DNA of 64,000 nt from an uncultured delta proteobacterium (GCA_963785725.1 CAWAWS010000015.1:352001-416000); one strand, 5' to 3'. Counted from the stretch's first letter, positions 11,141-23,212 are shown. Numbers and translations: made by a program. Notes: a model not told the origin generated them from the letters alone.

Positions 11141-12112
11141 GTGTCGAACCGAACCCTGTCCGAAAAGCTGCGCGCTGTTTCCACGGTCATCAAGAACCGA
11201 GCGTTCGATGATCCTTTGAACATCACGCTCGAATTGACCCGTCGCTGCAACGCCAAGTGCGACTACTGCAATCACTGGCAGGAGCAGCGGCAGACCGAGC
11301 AGGACATCGCCGATTACGTGGCGGTCGTGCGTCGCTTCCGGCCGTTCTCGGTCACGATCTGCGGCGGCGAGCCGTTCATGCGCAAAGACGCGCTCGAGAT
11401 CATTCGCCGCGTCGTCGACGAGCCCGGCTGGCGCTACGTCTCGATCATCACCAACGGCTGGTTCTTGAGCGAGGATCGCGCCCAAAAGCTGCTCGACACC
11501 GGCATCGATCAGATCAACGTCTCGCTCAACTATCCCGACGAGCGCCAGGACACCGATCGCAAGTTGCCCGGTCTATTCAAGAAGATCTCGCACATCGTCC
11601 CGTGGATGGCGGCGCGCGGCGGCAACATTCAGCTCAACTCGATCATCATGAACGACAACCTCGACGACGTCGTTCCCATCGCGCAGCTCGCGCACAAATG
11701 GGGCGCGTCGGTGATGTACACGCTCTATTCGGAGCTTCCGGCGGACAATCACGGACATCTGTTTCCACTCGAGCGGCAAGCGCGGCTCTTCGAAGTCCTC
11801 GATGAGCTCACCCGGCTCAAGAAGGTCATGCCCGGTGTCGTCGCCAACACGCAGTGGTACTTCGACATGATCCCGACTTACGTCAGCGGGACGGTCATCG
11901 AAGGCTGCACCGCCGGCAAGAAGACGCTGCACATCTCGCCCGGCGGCATGGTGCGTCCGTGCGCCGAGCTGGCCCCGGTCTCGCACTACACCGAGTATGA
12001 CCACCGCGCGATCGCGCCGGTCACGTGCACGCGCTGCTTCCAGGCCTGCCGCGGCGAAGTGCAGGCGCCGCTGTCCATCTCCCGCGTCGCCGAAATCCTC
12101 CGCACGGCTTGA
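11141..12112 (+). CDS. Radical SAM protein with Twitch/SPASM-like C-terminal cysteines
   Basis: CNAKCDYC, GGEPF, ITNG; C-terminal CTAG...VRPC...CTRCFQAC. GTG 11141 lies 7 nt after TATACT. Confidence 0.88.
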   Translation: MSNRTLSEKLRAVSTVIKNRAFDDPLNITLELTRRCNAKCDYCNHWQEQRQTEQDIADYVAVVRRFRPFSVTICGGEPFMRKDALEIIRRVVDEPGWRYVSIITNGWFLSEDRAQKLLDTGIDQINVSLNYPDERQDTDRKLPGLFKKISHIVPWMAARGGNIQLNSIIMNDNLDDVVPIAQLAHKWGASVMYTLYSELPADNHGHLFPLERQARLFEVLDELTRLKKVMPGVVANTQWYFDMIPTYVSGTVIEGCTAGKKTLHISPGGMVRPCAELAPVSHYTEYDHRAIAPVTCTRCFQACRGEVQAPLSISRVAEILRTA

Positions 12113-12332
12113 AAACCGCCGCGAGCGGCCCAATCGCCGCGTTGTCGCTGCGGTCAGATGCTCACGGGCGCAGAGCCCGCTCCGCTTCGGTCGTCGCTCC
12201 GCCTTGCTCATCGTCTCGCCTGCTCAGTCGTTCGCCTTCTCCCGCGTATTCGCAACTCCCGTCGCTCGTCGCCTCGACCGCACGCGAACGTTACGGCGCG
12301 CCGGCTGCGCGCAACCGACCGCGCGTGAACGT

Positions 12333-12998
12333 CTACGGCGCGACGGGGTTGCGCGCGCCGAAGAGCGCGCTGCCGACGCGCACGATCGTCGCCCCCGCCG
12401 CGATCGCCGCGGCGAAATCGGCGCTCATGCCCATCGACAGCGTGCCCAGCTTCTCGGCCGCGGCCAACTGCGCCAAATTTTCAAAGAACGGTCGCGGCGG
12501 CGCGTCGTCGGGCGGAATGCACATCAGCCCTTCACAGCGCACCGACGGGCGCGACGCAAACGCTTGCACCAACGCGTGCACGTCGCCGACGGGACAGCCG
12601 CTCTTTTGCGCCTCGCCGCCGATGTTGACCTGCACCAAGCAGCGCTGCACGACGCCCAGCTTGTCCGCGCGCTCCGCGATCTCGTCGAGCAGCGGTAGCG
12701 AATCTACCGAATGGATCAGCTCGGCCACGCCGACGACGTACTTCACCTTGTTCCGCTGCAGCGGGCCGATGAAGTGCCAACGCGCGCCCTCGACCACGCG
12801 CGCCTTGTCGCGTAGCTCCTGCGCATAGTTCTCGCCGAACAACGTGTGCCCGGCGACAGCGATCGCCTCGCGCACGCGTTCGGCCGGCACGGTCTTCGAG
12901 ACCGCCAGCAACGTCACGGTTTCGGGCGCACGTCCGGCGGCGCGCGCTGCCTTTGCGAGCTCCTCACCAACATTGAAAAACTTATCGGCGAGGCTCAT
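12333..12998 (-). CDS. yggS: PLP homeostasis protein, YggS family
   Basis: LLAVSKT, FGENYAQE, WHFIGPLQRNKVK, LSMGMSADF, VRVGSALFG; start overlaps the maf stop (TGATG). Confidence 0.95.
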   Translation of the reverse strand: MSLADKFFNVGEELAKAARAAGRAPETVTLLAVSKTVPAERVREAIAVAGHTLFGENYAQELRDKARVVEGARWHFIGPLQRNKVKYVVGVAELIHSVDSLPLLDEIAERADKLGVVQRCLVQVNIGGEAQKSGCPVGDVHALVQAFASRPSVRCEGLMCIPPDDAPPRPFFENLAQLAAAEKLGTLSMGMSADFAAAIAAGATIVRVGSALFGARNPVAP

Positions 12999-13652
12999 CA
13001 GAAGTTGCGTGGTCCGAGTAACTTTTTTTCGAAACGTTCGGCGCCGAGCGCCCAATCCGACGGTAAGGCCTCGAGCGCGTACAAGTCTTCGAGCACTTCG
13101 CACAGCGGCAGGCCGACGATGTTCGTATACGAGCCGTGCACGGCGCGCACGAACGCGGCTGCCAGACCTTGCACCGCGTAGCCGCCGGCTTTGTCTTCCC
13201 ATTCGCGCGAGCCGATGTAGCCTTCGAGCTCGGCCGGCGACAGCGCGCGAAACGTGACCGTCGTGCGTACCGCGCGACCGCGTTCGCTACCTTTATATAG
13301 CAGCGTATAGGCGGTCACGACCTCGTGCGTGCGACCGCTCAGCCGACCGAGCATCACGCGCGCCACCTCCGCCGACGCCGGCTTGCCGAGGATGCGCGGC
13401 TCGCCGTCGGGCAAATGCACGATCGTGTCGGCGCCCAGAGATCGGCCGCTCGGGCTCGACGCCGCTGGCCACGGCGCGCGCCTTCTCCGACGACAAACGG
13501 CGCGCATAATCGATGGCGTCCTCGTCGCTGCGCGGCGTCTCGTCGATATCGGCCGGGCGCACTTCGGGATCGAGGCCGGCCTTTTGCAACAGCTCGAGCC
13601 GGCGCGGCGAGGCCGACGCCAAGAGCAACCGCGGAATCAGCGTGATCGACAT
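12998..13652 (-). CDS. maf: Maf-family nucleoside triphosphate pyrophosphatase (one extra base near 13439)
   Basis: [10 protein letters not shown]...DIDE...EKA in one frame; LGADTIV...LGKP...[10 protein letters not shown]...NIVGLP in the next. Confidence 0.92.
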
Positions 13653-13706
13653 TTTTTTCGTTCTACCACGCAACTTCTCGCGCCCCGAACCGATAAGCTT
13701 TGCCTG

Positions 13707-15860
13707 TTGGCGGCGATCTCTTCACCGGAGCTGCTCGAAGGCAACGTGCTGCGGGTCGTGTTCACGACGCCCGACGGCTCGTTCGCGGTCTTGCGCGTGC
13801 AGGTCGAAGGTCGCGACGAGCCGGTGAGCGTCGTCGGTCCGCTGGCCGATTCGACAGCCGGCGAGCACTTGAAGATGGAGGGCCACTGGGAACGACACGC
13901 GACGCACGGCGAGCAGTTCCGCGCCACCCGCGCCGTCGTCGAAATTCCGCGCACCTCCGACGGCGTCGCCCGTTATTTGGAGGGCATCAAGGGCATCGGT
14001 CCGATGTTGGCCGAGCGCCTCGTGGCGTCGTTCGGCGTCGAGGCGATCGAGGTCGTCGAGAAGGAGCCGTGGCGGGCGGCGCAGGTGCGCGGCGTCGGTA
14101 AACGGCGCGCCGATCGCGCGGCGCGCGACGCGGCCACGAAGCGGCAAGAGCGCGAGGTGATGGTGTTCTTGCAAGGCCTCGGCGTGTCGCTGGCGTACGC
14201 GGCCCGCATTCGCAAGGCTTACGGCGACAACGCGGTGGCGCGGGTGCAGGAGAATCCCTATCGACTGGCGCGCGATGTCGCGGGCATCGGCTTCGTCGTC
14301 GCCGATCGGATCGCGCAAGGGATGGGCGTTAGTCGCGACTCGCCGTTGCGGCTGCAAGCAGGCGTCTTGCACGTGCTCGATTCGCTCAGCGACGAAGGCC
14401 ATGTCTATTTCCCGGCAGCGGAGCTGACCGCGCGCGCGGCTGAAGCGCTGTCGATCGATGCCGCCCGCGCGACCGACGCGCTCGAGGGCCTGGCGCGCGA
14501 AGGGGCCGTCGTCATCGAAGGCGAAGCGGTGTTTCCGCCGCGGCTGCATCGCGCGGAGCTCGAGCTGGCGCGGCGCCTCGGCGAGCTGTTGAACGCCGAC
14601 CGCGAGCCGGCGCCGGCGCTCGTCGGCGGCGAGAAGCTGTCCGACGGGCAGCGGCGCGCGATCGGGCTGTGCGGCGAGGGCGGCGTCGCGGTCATCACCG
14701 GCGGTCCGGGCACCGGCAAGACGACGGTGGTGCGCGCGCTCGTGCAGAGCTGGGAGCAGGCGCGACGACGGGTGATGCTGGCGGCGCCGACGGGACGCGC
14801 GGCCAAGCGGCTGGCGGAAGCGACGGGGCGGCCGGCGCAGACGGTGCATCGGCTGCTCGAGTGGGGACGGCCGCAGCGCGACAGCGAAGGCGGCGTGCGT
14901 AAGGGCCCGTTCGGCCGCAGCGACGACAATCCGCTGGCGACCGATCTGCTCGTCGTCGATGAAGCGTCGATGCTCGATTTGTCGTTGGCGCGTGGCCTCG
15001 TGGCCGCGATCTCGCCGGGCACGACGCTGGTGCTGGTCGGCGACGTCGATCAGCTGCCGTCGGTCGGTCCGGGCCAGGTGCTGCGCGACGTGATCGAGTC
15101 GGGGCGCGTGCCGGTGGCGCGGCTGACCGAGGTGTTTCGTCAGGCGGAGGGCTCGGGAATCGTCGAGAACGCCTATCGAATTCTCGCGGGCGAGATGCCG
15201 ATCGGCTCGAAGGAGGCGACGGGCGACTTCTTCGTCATCACCGCCGACGAGCCCGAGCGGGCGCGCGACATGGTGGTCAAGCTGTGTCGCGAGCGGATTC
15301 CGTCGGCGTTCGGGCTCGATCCGCTGCGCGACGTGCAGGTGTTGGCGCCGATGCATCGTGGCGCGGCCGGGACCGAAGGGCTCAATCGCGCGCTGCAGGA
15401 GGCGCTGAATCCGGCGGGCGAAGCGGTGGCGCTGCCGGGACGCACGCTGCGCGTCGGTGACAAGGTCATGCAAGTGCGTAACGACTACGAGCGCGACGTG
15501 TTCAACGGCGACGTCGGCGTCATCGCGGCCGCGCGTCGCGACGATGAGGACGAAGCGGTGGTGGAGGTCGACTTCGACGGGCGGCGCGTGCGTTACGAAT
15601 CGGAGGCGCTGGGCGAGCTCGAGCTGGCGTATGCGGTGAGCGTGCACAAGAGCCAGGGCTCGGAATATCCAGCCGTGGTGGTGCCGTTGGTGATGCAGCA
15701 CTACATGTTGCTGCAGCGGAACCTCTTGTATACGGCGGTGACGCGCGGCAAGCGCCTCGTGGTGCTGGTCGGATCGGAGCGCGCGATTCGGCGGGCGGTG
15801 ACCGAAGCCGACGCATCGGCGCGTCATACCGGCTTGCGCGCGCGCTTGCAGGCTCTTTGA
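13707..15860 (+). CDS. recD2: ATP-dependent RecD-like DNA helicase
   Basis: HGEQF, HhH (IKGIGP), [60 protein letters not shown]. Start is approximate. Confidence 0.95.
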   Translation: MAAISSPELLEGNVLRVVFTTPDGSFAVLRVQVEGRDEPVSVVGPLADSTAGEHLKMEGHWERHATHGEQFRATRAVVEIPRTSDGVARYLEGIKGIGPMLAERLVASFGVEAIEVVEKEPWRAAQVRGVGKRRADRAARDAATKRQEREVMVFLQGLGVSLAYAARIRKAYGDNAVARVQENPYRLARDVAGIGFVVADRIAQGMGVSRDSPLRLQAGVLHVLDSLSDEGHVYFPAAELTARAAEALSIDAARATDALEGLAREGAVVIEGEAVFPPRLHRAELELARRLGELLNADREPAPALVGGEKLSDGQRRAIGLCGEGGVAVITGGPGTGKTTVVRALVQSWEQARRRVMLAAPTGRAAKRLAEATGRPAQTVHRLLEWGRPQRDSEGGVRKGPFGRSDDNPLATDLLVVDEASMLDLSLARGLVAAISPGTTLVLVGDVDQLPSVGPGQVLRDVIESGRVPVARLTEVFRQAEGSGIVENAYRILAGEMPIGSKEATGDFFVITADEPERARDMVVKLCRERIPSAFGLDPLRDVQVLAPMHRGAAGTEGLNRALQEALNPAGEAVALPGRTLRVGDKVMQVRNDYERDVFNGDVGVIAAARRDDEDEAVVEVDFDGRRVRYESEALGELELAYAVSVHKSQGSEYPAVVVPLVMQHYMLLQRNLLYTAVTRGKRLVVLVGSERAIRRAVTEADASARHTGLRARLQAL

Positions 15861-15873
15861 TAAGCTGATGTGG

Positions 15874-17094
15874 ATGAGGTGCGCGCTGTGGCTGACGTTG
15901 CTAATCGCCGGTTGTGGCAGCGGCGGCGAAACGTCTGACGCGGGCCAGTCGTCGGACATGAACATCGGCGACGTGGGCGCGGCCTTCGATGGGCCGGGGC
16001 CGCTGCGCGCGACGTTCACGGTGGTCGGCTGCGCCACGCTCGATACGTCGACGGGCGAGCCGCGCTGCAGCGGGCGGGCGCCGTTGGCGTTGACCTTCGT
16101 GCCGCTGGGCGCGGGGTTGAGCGCGTACGTGTGGACGTTCATGGGCGCGACGCCGGCCACGTCGAAGCAGATGTCGCCGTCGGTCACGTTCGCGACGCCG
16201 GGCACGTACACGGTGACGCTGGCGGCCGGCGGCGCGGCCGGCGCGACGACGGCGATGGGCACCGTCGTCGTCTCGGCGGGAACGACGGGCTCGCCGTGCC
16301 TGGCCGACACCGACTGCGACGCGGGCGCGGGGCTGTTTTGCGTCTGCACGCCGGGCCAGGCGGGCTGCGTCGGCGCGCTGGCGATCGGCTTCTGCTCGCG
16401 CGACTGCTCGGGCGCGCTCTGCGACGCCGGCCAAATCTGCGCCGACTTCACGCGCGGCGGAGCGTTCGTGCCCGCCAGCGTCGACGGTGGCGGCAGCGAC
16501 GTCGACGGCGGCACGGCGGCGTCGAGCGAGGTCTGGCGGCGCGCGCTGTGCGTCCCGAGCTGCACCGCCGACAGCGACTGCTCGAGCGGGCTGTCCTGCC
16601 GATCGTTGCCGGCGCTGGCGAGCGGCGCGGCTGCGGGCGGCAGCTTCAGCTGGCGGCAAGGCTGCTTCGCCGACGTCGACGGCGATGACGGCGACTCCTG
16701 CGTGTCGGTCACCGGCGCGCCCGACGACAGCCGCTGCTTGTCGGGGCGCTGCGATCCCTACGGCGCGCGCGGGCTCTGCACGTCGGAGTGCGCGACGAGC
16801 GCCGACTGCCCGACGACGGCGGCGTGCGCGACCTACGCCGACCCGATCGTGGCGGCCACGAAACAGGCGTGCCTGCGCCGCTGCGATACGACGTTCGCCT
16901 GCAGCGGCGATCCGCTGCTCGACTGCGAGCTGGCGCAGCAGCCGGGAGGGCTCGGCTTCACGACGACGCCGGCGGAAGCGGCGACGACGCGTTACTGCGC
17001 GCCGCTGCGCTGCATGACGACGACGCCCGCGCAGTGCGGACCGTCAGGCACGTGCACCGACGTCGGCAGCAGCTCGTTCTGCCTGCCCAACTAA
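15874..17094 (+). CDS. Cys-rich lipoprotein with PKD-like domain
   Basis: LLIAGC lipobox; YVWTF...PGTYTVTL PKD-like motif; many CxxDxDC repeats. Confidence 0.75.
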   Translation: MRCALWLTLLIAGCGSGGETSDAGQSSDMNIGDVGAAFDGPGPLRATFTVVGCATLDTSTGEPRCSGRAPLALTFVPLGAGLSAYVWTFMGATPATSKQMSPSVTFATPGTYTVTLAAGGAAGATTAMGTVVVSAGTTGSPCLADTDCDAGAGLFCVCTPGQAGCVGALAIGFCSRDCSGALCDAGQICADFTRGGAFVPASVDGGGSDVDGGTAASSEVWRRALCVPSCTADSDCSSGLSCRSLPALASGAAAGGSFSWRQGCFADVDGDDGDSCVSVTGAPDDSRCLSGRCDPYGARGLCTSECATSADCPTTAACATYADPIVAATKQACLRRCDTTFACSGDPLLDCELAQQPGGLGFTTTPAEAATTRYCAPLRCMTTTPAQCGPSGTCTDVGSSSFCLPN

Positions 17095-17251
17095 GCAGCT
17101 CACTTGGCAGTGACCTTGGCTTTAGCGTCGATCTAATCGGATCCAATGGGCGGTTTCCGTTCGCTCCGCGGCGACGCCGTCTGGCTCACGCTCGCTGTAG
17201 CCCAACTGAGTAGCACTTTTGCTGCGGAATGCAGGCGCCCGCAAGCTGCCG

Positions 17252-19717
17252 TCAGCGCGGGCGTGGCGGGAGGATCGGCTCGGGCGGCGTGTACTTCCCG
17301 TCGCCGTCGCGGTCGAGATAGATCGGGTTCGTGATGGCCAGCGGCGTCGGGGGCGACTGCGTGTCGTTCGACGGCACGACCACCCCCAGCGGCGCATCCC
17401 CGCGCACGATGACGACGACATACGAGTCATGATCGACGCGCACATCGATCTCGCCCTTGTAACGCTGCGGCTTCGTCGACGCCGCGATATCGATGGGCTT
17501 ACCGCGGCGCGTCCCGTTGACGAACAGCTCGATGCGCCGCACGTCGATCCACGGCGCCGCCTCGATCTCGACGTCGAGCCGCGCATGGCCGCGCGGCGCC
17601 GGCGCGATCTGACCCATGCCGCGCCCGCCGACGGAGACGCGCACGAAGGGCCCGTTCGTGACCAGCGCCTCGCGCCGCTTGCGCACCGCCGCCACCCACG
17701 ACTCGGCCGTGATGGCGCCGCGATCGTCGGGCGGAATACAGGTGCGCGGGTAGCCGGCCTCCTGTCCGACGATGAGGTGGCTGTCGGAGCCGCCGACCGC
17801 CGTCAACGCGATGCCGTGATCGAGCAGCGCCAGCCAGTCGCGCAGCGGCGGCTCGACCCGCGCCGTATCCTTGCCGCTGAACACCTCCAGCGCATCGAAG
17901 CCGCTCACCTGATCCTTCGCCGCCGGCGCGTGCGGGTCGAAGCTGATGTTCTCGAAGTAGCCGGTGCGACCGCCCGCTCGCGGATGCGCCAGCGTCACGA
18001 CACGCTCGGGCGCGCGCATCATCTGCGCCAGCTCGCCCAGCGTGCGCTTGCCGATCTCGGGCGGCTGCCCGCTGAACGGCACGACCGTGAAGTGACCCAT
18101 CCGCTCCAGCGTCACCTCGTCGCCGCTCAAGAGCTGCAGCGTTCCCGCCGGCTGCAGCGCTTGCAACGTCGCCTGCCAATCGCCCGTCATGACGACGTTG
18201 TGATCGGTCATCGCCAACGCATCGAGCCCTTCGGCCAAGTTGCTCGCCAACCGATCGGCCGGCACCACCGCCGAATCCGACGACGGAAAGGCATGCTGAT
18301 GCGGATCGATGCAGCGCCAACCGAAGGCATCGACGACGCGCTTGATGGCGAAATCCGTGTGGCTGACCTCGCCGGCGGGCACCTCGACGTGCTGCTCGTC
18401 GATGGTGTAGGCCGGCCCGCGCGACGCGATGACGCGGTAGTGACCGGGCGGCAGCGGCAGCTCGCCTTCGCCGCTGGCGCTGACGACGACGTTGCCGCCG
18501 GGCGAGCCGAACGCCGGGCCCAGCCGCGGGTCGACCGTCGGTGGCACGCCGAATACGGTCAGCTTGGCCGGCACCGGCTTGTCGTCTTCGAGCACGCGAA
18601 AGCCGAGCGCGCCGCGCCGCGACATGAGCACGTCGTGATTGGCGCCTGCGATCTCACCGACGGTGACGTCGAGCTTGTCGGGACCGCTGCGGCCGGGACC
18701 TTCGGCGCGCACGCGATAGTCGCCCGGCGGCAACAGCACTTCATAGCCGGTGTCCGTCGAGCGCGTGAGCGCGACCGGGCCGTCGCGGTCGTCGAAGAGC
18801 ACGCGCGCGCCGGGCAACACCGAGCCCGTCGTGTCTTCGAGGATGCGTCCGGTCAGGCGCGACCAGCGATCTTTGCGTAGGTCGGCGATCATCTCGTAGC
18901 GGCTGGCGTCGGTGGGCGCGGCGACGACGAACCAGCGCGTCATGCCGACGGTGGCGCCGGCCGGCAGGGCGACGATGTGGACGTTGAAGTCGCTCCAGGC
19001 CCAGCCGTGCCGCCCGTCGAGCGCGCCTTCGCTGATGACATAGGCGTAAGCGGCGCCGTCACCGATGGCCTCGACCCAGCCGTCGTCGACCGCGAAGTGG
19101 CCGTCGGCGTCGAAGCCGCGACCGGGGATGAAGCGTTCGGCGCGACCCCATTCGACGGCGTCGCCGATGGCGAGCTTCGACAGATCGGTCGCGCCGCCGT
19201 TCTTGATCGCGGTCGTCATGGTGACGGCGTCGGAGCCAGGCGCCAGCGAGTAGCGCGTCTCGACGGCGAGCTGCGGATCGTCGGAGTCGACGCCGGTGAC
19301 GCGAATGACGGCGGTGCCGCGCTCGCTGACGATGTCGGCGTGTTGATAGATCGGCTGGCGCGGGAAGGCGTCGCCGAAGTAGCCGTAGAGCTGCTTGAGC
19401 TCGTCGGCGCCGCCGATGGGCGCGGCGTCGATGATGTTGCCGCCCGACGCGCCGAAGCCGAGCTTGTGGCGCGGCGCCGAGATGATGACGGCGATGCGGT
19501 CGTTTTCGAGCCGATAGTCGCCGATTTCGCCGTCGGCGGCGCGGCCGGTCAGCAGATCGCCGGCGTTGGCGACGACGAACGCGTGCGCCGGCTTGCCCGC
19601 GTGCGCCGTCGGATCGTCCGACATCACCGACGAGCCGGTCTCCGGATGCGGCAGGTCGAGCCGCGGCCCGAGGCAGCCCGCGGCCAGCGCCGCGACGACG
19701 ACGAGGGGCCTCTTCAC
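17252..19717 (-). CDS. CehA/McbA-like PHP metallohydrolase lipoprotein with carboxypeptidase-regulatory-like beta domains
   Basis: LAAGC lipobox, DPHQHAFPSSDS, MTDHN, HPR, GGSDSH, VTNGP, AITNPIYLD. GTG 19717 lies 6 nt after TACGCT. Confidence 0.78.
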   Translation of the reverse strand: MKRPLVVVAALAAGCLGPRLDLPHPETGSSVMSDDPTAHAGKPAHAFVVANAGDLLTGRAADGEIGDYRLENDRIAVIISAPRHKLGFGASGGNIIDAAPIGGADELKQLYGYFGDAFPRQPIYQHADIVSERGTAVIRVTGVDSDDPQLAVETRYSLAPGSDAVTMTTAIKNGGATDLSKLAIGDAVEWGRAERFIPGRGFDADGHFAVDDGWVEAIGDGAAYAYVISEGALDGRHGWAWSDFNVHIVALPAGATVGMTRWFVVAAPTDASRYEMIADLRKDRWSRLTGRILEDTTGSVLPGARVLFDDRDGPVALTRSTDTGYEVLLPPGDYRVRAEGPGRSGPDKLDVTVGEIAGANHDVLMSRRGALGFRVLEDDKPVPAKLTVFGVPPTVDPRLGPAFGSPGGNVVVSASGEGELPLPPGHYRVIASRGPAYTIDEQHVEVPAGEVSHTDFAIKRVVDAFGWRCIDPHQHAFPSSDSAVVPADRLASNLAEGLDALAMTDHNVVMTGDWQATLQALQPAGTLQLLSGDEVTLERMGHFTVVPFSGQPPEIGKRTLGELAQMMRAPERVVTLAHPRAGGRTGYFENISFDPHAPAAKDQVSGFDALEVFSGKDTARVEPPLRDWLALLDHGIALTAVGGSDSHLIVGQEAGYPRTCIPPDDRGAITAESWVAAVRKRREALVTNGPFVRVSVGGRGMGQIAPAPRGHARLDVEIEAAPWIDVRRIELFVNGTRRGKPIDIAASTKPQRYKGEIDVRVDHDSYVVVIVRGDAPLGVVVPSNDTQSPPTPLAITNPIYLDRDGDGKYTPPEPILPPRPR

Positions 19718-19802
19718 CGGGCGAGCGTAGACCAGCGCCGCCTTGCGTGGCAACGACTCGCGTGTTACCACGGTTTTGCGTCAACTACGCGGAAGGTGCC
19801 GC

Positions 19803-20548
<746 letters not shown>

Positions 20549-20549
<1 letters not shown>

Positions 20550-21055
20550 TGAGGATCCTGGGCATCGACCCGGGTACGCGATACTTCGGTTACGGCGTCA
20601 TCGAGCGCCTCGGGCCTGGGCGCGTCCGGTACATCGAGTGCGGCGTGTTGCAGCCGCGGCGCGGCGACGAGCTGGCGGCACGGCTGGCCGACATCGCCGG
20701 CAGCCTGCGCGAGGTCATCGCCGAGCTGGCGCCGACGGTCGTGGCGGTCGAAGGCGTGTTTCACGGCGTCAACGCGCGGTCGGCGCTGCAGCTGGGCCAT
20801 TCGCGCGGCGTGGCGTTGGCGGCGGCGGGGGCGGCGGCGTTGACCGTGCACGAGTATGCGCCGGCGACGGTCAAGCGCGCGGTGGCCGGCAACGGCGCGG
20901 CGACGAAGGATCAGGTGTCGACGATGGTGCGGGCGCTGTGCGGCTTGGGGCGCAGCCCGTCGCTGGACGCGTCGGATGCGCTGGCGGTGGCGATCTGTCA
21001 CGCCTTTCGCGGCGCGGCGGTGGGCGCGCTCGCCGCGCGGGTGGCGCGGCGGTGA
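20549..21055 (+). CDS. ruvC: Holliday junction resolvase
   Basis: ILGIDPG, AVEGVF, EYAPATVK...GNGAATKDQV, DASDALAVAICH. Confidence 0.96.
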
Positions 21056-21256
21056 CCGCCCGGCGGCCGACGATGTCGCGCGGCGACGAGCCCGTCGCGA
21101 CTGTCTTGTGCGGCGACGCGCGCGCGGCGGCTATTTACGCGACGATGCGTGCGCGGCGATGGTTCTGCGCGGCGAGCAGCCGCGGCCGCGACAGTCGCAC
21201 GCACGGTGCGCCGATCGTCGTCGGCCGCGCATGAGCGCGCAACGAAAGATGCATTC

Positions 21257-21847
21257 ATGATCGCGCAGCTCCGCGGCACGCTCGTCGAAAAAGGCATCGA
21301 CCACGTGCTCGTCGACGTCGGCGGCGTCGGTTTCCGCGTCGCCGTCTCGCTCAACACGCTGGCGACGCTGCCGTCGGTCGGGCACACGGCGCAGCTGCAT
21401 ACGCAGCTCATCGTGCGCATGAACGCCGAGGACGTGCTCTTGCTCGTCGGGTTTGCCACGAGCGAGGAGCGCGCGGCGTTCGATCTCATCACGAGCGTGC
21501 AAGGCATCGGGCCCAAGCTGGCGATGTCGATTCTGTCGACGCTCGAGGCGTCCGAGCTGGCGCGGGCCGTGCGCGCCGGCGACCACGCGCGGCTGACGCG
21601 GATTCCCGGCATCGGCAAGAAGACCGCCGAGCGCCTCGTCCTCGAGCTGCGCGACAAGTTCACGGCCACGCCCGCGCCGGCGACGGGCAAGCGGCCGCTC
21701 GGCGCGCCCGCGGTCAGCTCGGCGCTGATCAACCTCGGCTACAAGCCGGCCGAGGCCGATCGCGCCGCCGAGCAGGCCGCCGCCGCGCATCCCGGCGCCG
21801 GCGTGGCCGAGCTGGTTAAAGCGGCGCTGCGCATCCTCGCGGAGTAG
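21257..21847 (+). CDS. ruvA: Holliday junction branch migration protein
   Basis: MIAQLRGTL, DVGGVGF, VQGIGPKLA, IPGIGKKTAERL, ALINLGY. Confidence 0.96.
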   Translation: MIAQLRGTLVEKGIDHVLVDVGGVGFRVAVSLNTLATLPSVGHTAQLHTQLIVRMNAEDVLLLVGFATSEERAAFDLITSVQGIGPKLAMSILSTLEASELARAVRAGDHARLTRIPGIGKKTAERLVLELRDKFTATPAPATGKRPLGAPAVSSALINLGYKPAEADRAAEQAAAAHPGAGVAELVKAALRILAE

Positions 21848-21855
21848 AGTAGGGC

Positions 21856-22947
21856 ATGCGCAAGAAGCACGACGAGGGCCCGGCGGACGCGTCGACCGAC
21901 CCGGCCTCGGCGGCGCGCGGCGAACGCGTCATCGACCGTCCCGGCGATCGCCCGCGCCTCGTCGACGCCAGCCTCCTCGACGACGACGCCGCGCTCCGTC
22001 CGCGCACGTTCGACGAGTACGTTGGCCAGCGCAAAGTCGTCGAGAACCTCAAGATCTTCGTGGCCGCGGCCCAGCAGCGTGGTGAAGCGCTCGATCACGT
22101 GCTGTTTTCGGGGCCGCCCGGCATCGGCAAGACGACGCTGGCGCACCTCATCGCGCACGCGCTCGGCGTGCCGCTGCGCGCGATCGGCGCGCCCGCCATC
22201 GAGCACAAAGGGACGCTCGCGTCGTACCTCACGTCGCTGTCGGAGCGCGGCGTGTTCTTCATCGACGAGGTCCATCGGCTGCAGCCCGTCGTCGAGGAGT
22301 ATCTGTACCCGGCGATGGAGGACTTTCGGCTCGAGATTCCCGTCGGTGAGGGCCCGAACGCCGAGATGCTGCCCATCCGGCTGCCGCGCTTCTCGTTGGT
22401 GGCGGCGACGACACGGACAGGCCTCTTGTCGGCGCCCTTTTTGTCGCGCTTCGGGATCGTGTTGCGTCTGGAGTACTACGCGCCGCTCGAGTTGACCGAG
22501 ATCGTGCGTCGTTCGGCCGACAAGCTGGGCGTGCCCATCGATCCGGCGGGCGCGGAAGAGATCGGCCGGCGCGCGCGCGGCACGCCGCGTATCGCCAATC
22601 ACCTGTTGAAGCGGGTGCGCGACTTCGCCGAAGTGGAGGCGGACGGTCGCGTGACGCAGACGCTGGCGGCGTCGGCGCTGCAGCGGCTGGGGGTGGATCA
22701 GCTGGGTCTCGACGAGCTCGATCGCTCGCTGTTGCGCACGATCATCACGAAGTTCGACGGTGGGCCGGTCGGCATCGAGTCGCTGGCGGCGGCGTGCGCG
22801 GAGGAGCGGGATACGCTCGAGGACGTGTGCGAGCCGTATCTGATTCAGGAGGGCCTGCTGATGCGCACGCCGCGCGGCCGCGTGGCGACGCGACGGGCGC
22901 ATGACCATCTCGGCCTGCCGCCGCCGCGCCAAGGCGCGCTGCTGTAA
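21856..22947 (+). CDS. ruvB: Holliday junction branch migration ATPase
   Basis: [55 protein letters not shown]. Confidence 0.97.
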   Translation: MRKKHDEGPADASTDPASAARGERVIDRPGDRPRLVDASLLDDDAALRPRTFDEYVGQRKVVENLKIFVAAAQQRGEALDHVLFSGPPGIGKTTLAHLIAHALGVPLRAIGAPAIEHKGTLASYLTSLSERGVFFIDEVHRLQPVVEEYLYPAMEDFRLEIPVGEGPNAEMLPIRLPRFSLVAATTRTGLLSAPFLSRFGIVLRLEYYAPLELTEIVRRSADKLGVPIDPAGAEEIGRRARGTPRIANHLLKRVRDFAEVEADGRVTQTLAASALQRLGVDQLGLDELDRSLLRTIITKFDGGPVGIESLAAACAEERDTLEDVCEPYLIQEGLLMRTPRGRVATRRAHDHLGLPPPRQGALL

Positions 22948-22970
22948 CCGAGCCGCCGTCGGACGCCGGG

Positions 22971-23202
22971 TGGACGGCCGACGTCGAGGTGGACGGCCGA
23001 CGTCGAGATGGACGGCCGACGCTGAGATGGACGGCCGACGCTGAGATGGACGGCCGACGCCGAGATGGACGGCCGACGCCGAGATGGACGGCCGACGCTG
23101 AGATGGACGGCCGACGCCGAGATGGACGGCCGACCACGAGATGGACGGCCTACGCCGAGATGGACGGCCGACCACGAGATGGACTGCCGACGCCGAGATG
23201 GA
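22971..23202. repeat. 19-bp tandem repeat, 12 copies plus a partial copy
   Basis: Unit TGGACGGCCGACG(C/T)(C/T)GAGA starting at 22971, 22990, ... 23180. Confidence 0.95.
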
Positions 23203-23212
23203 TCGCGACGGC

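Noticed and set aside
12130..12210. REP-like hairpin element between convergent radical SAM and yggS genes
   Set aside because: Single copy in the window with only a short stem; the family cannot be supported from this sequence.
13722..16712. Very long antisense and alternative-frame ORFs (e.g. 996, 820, 799 and 679 aa)
   Set aside because: Arg/Ala-rich shadows of recognised genes, expected in high-GC DNA.
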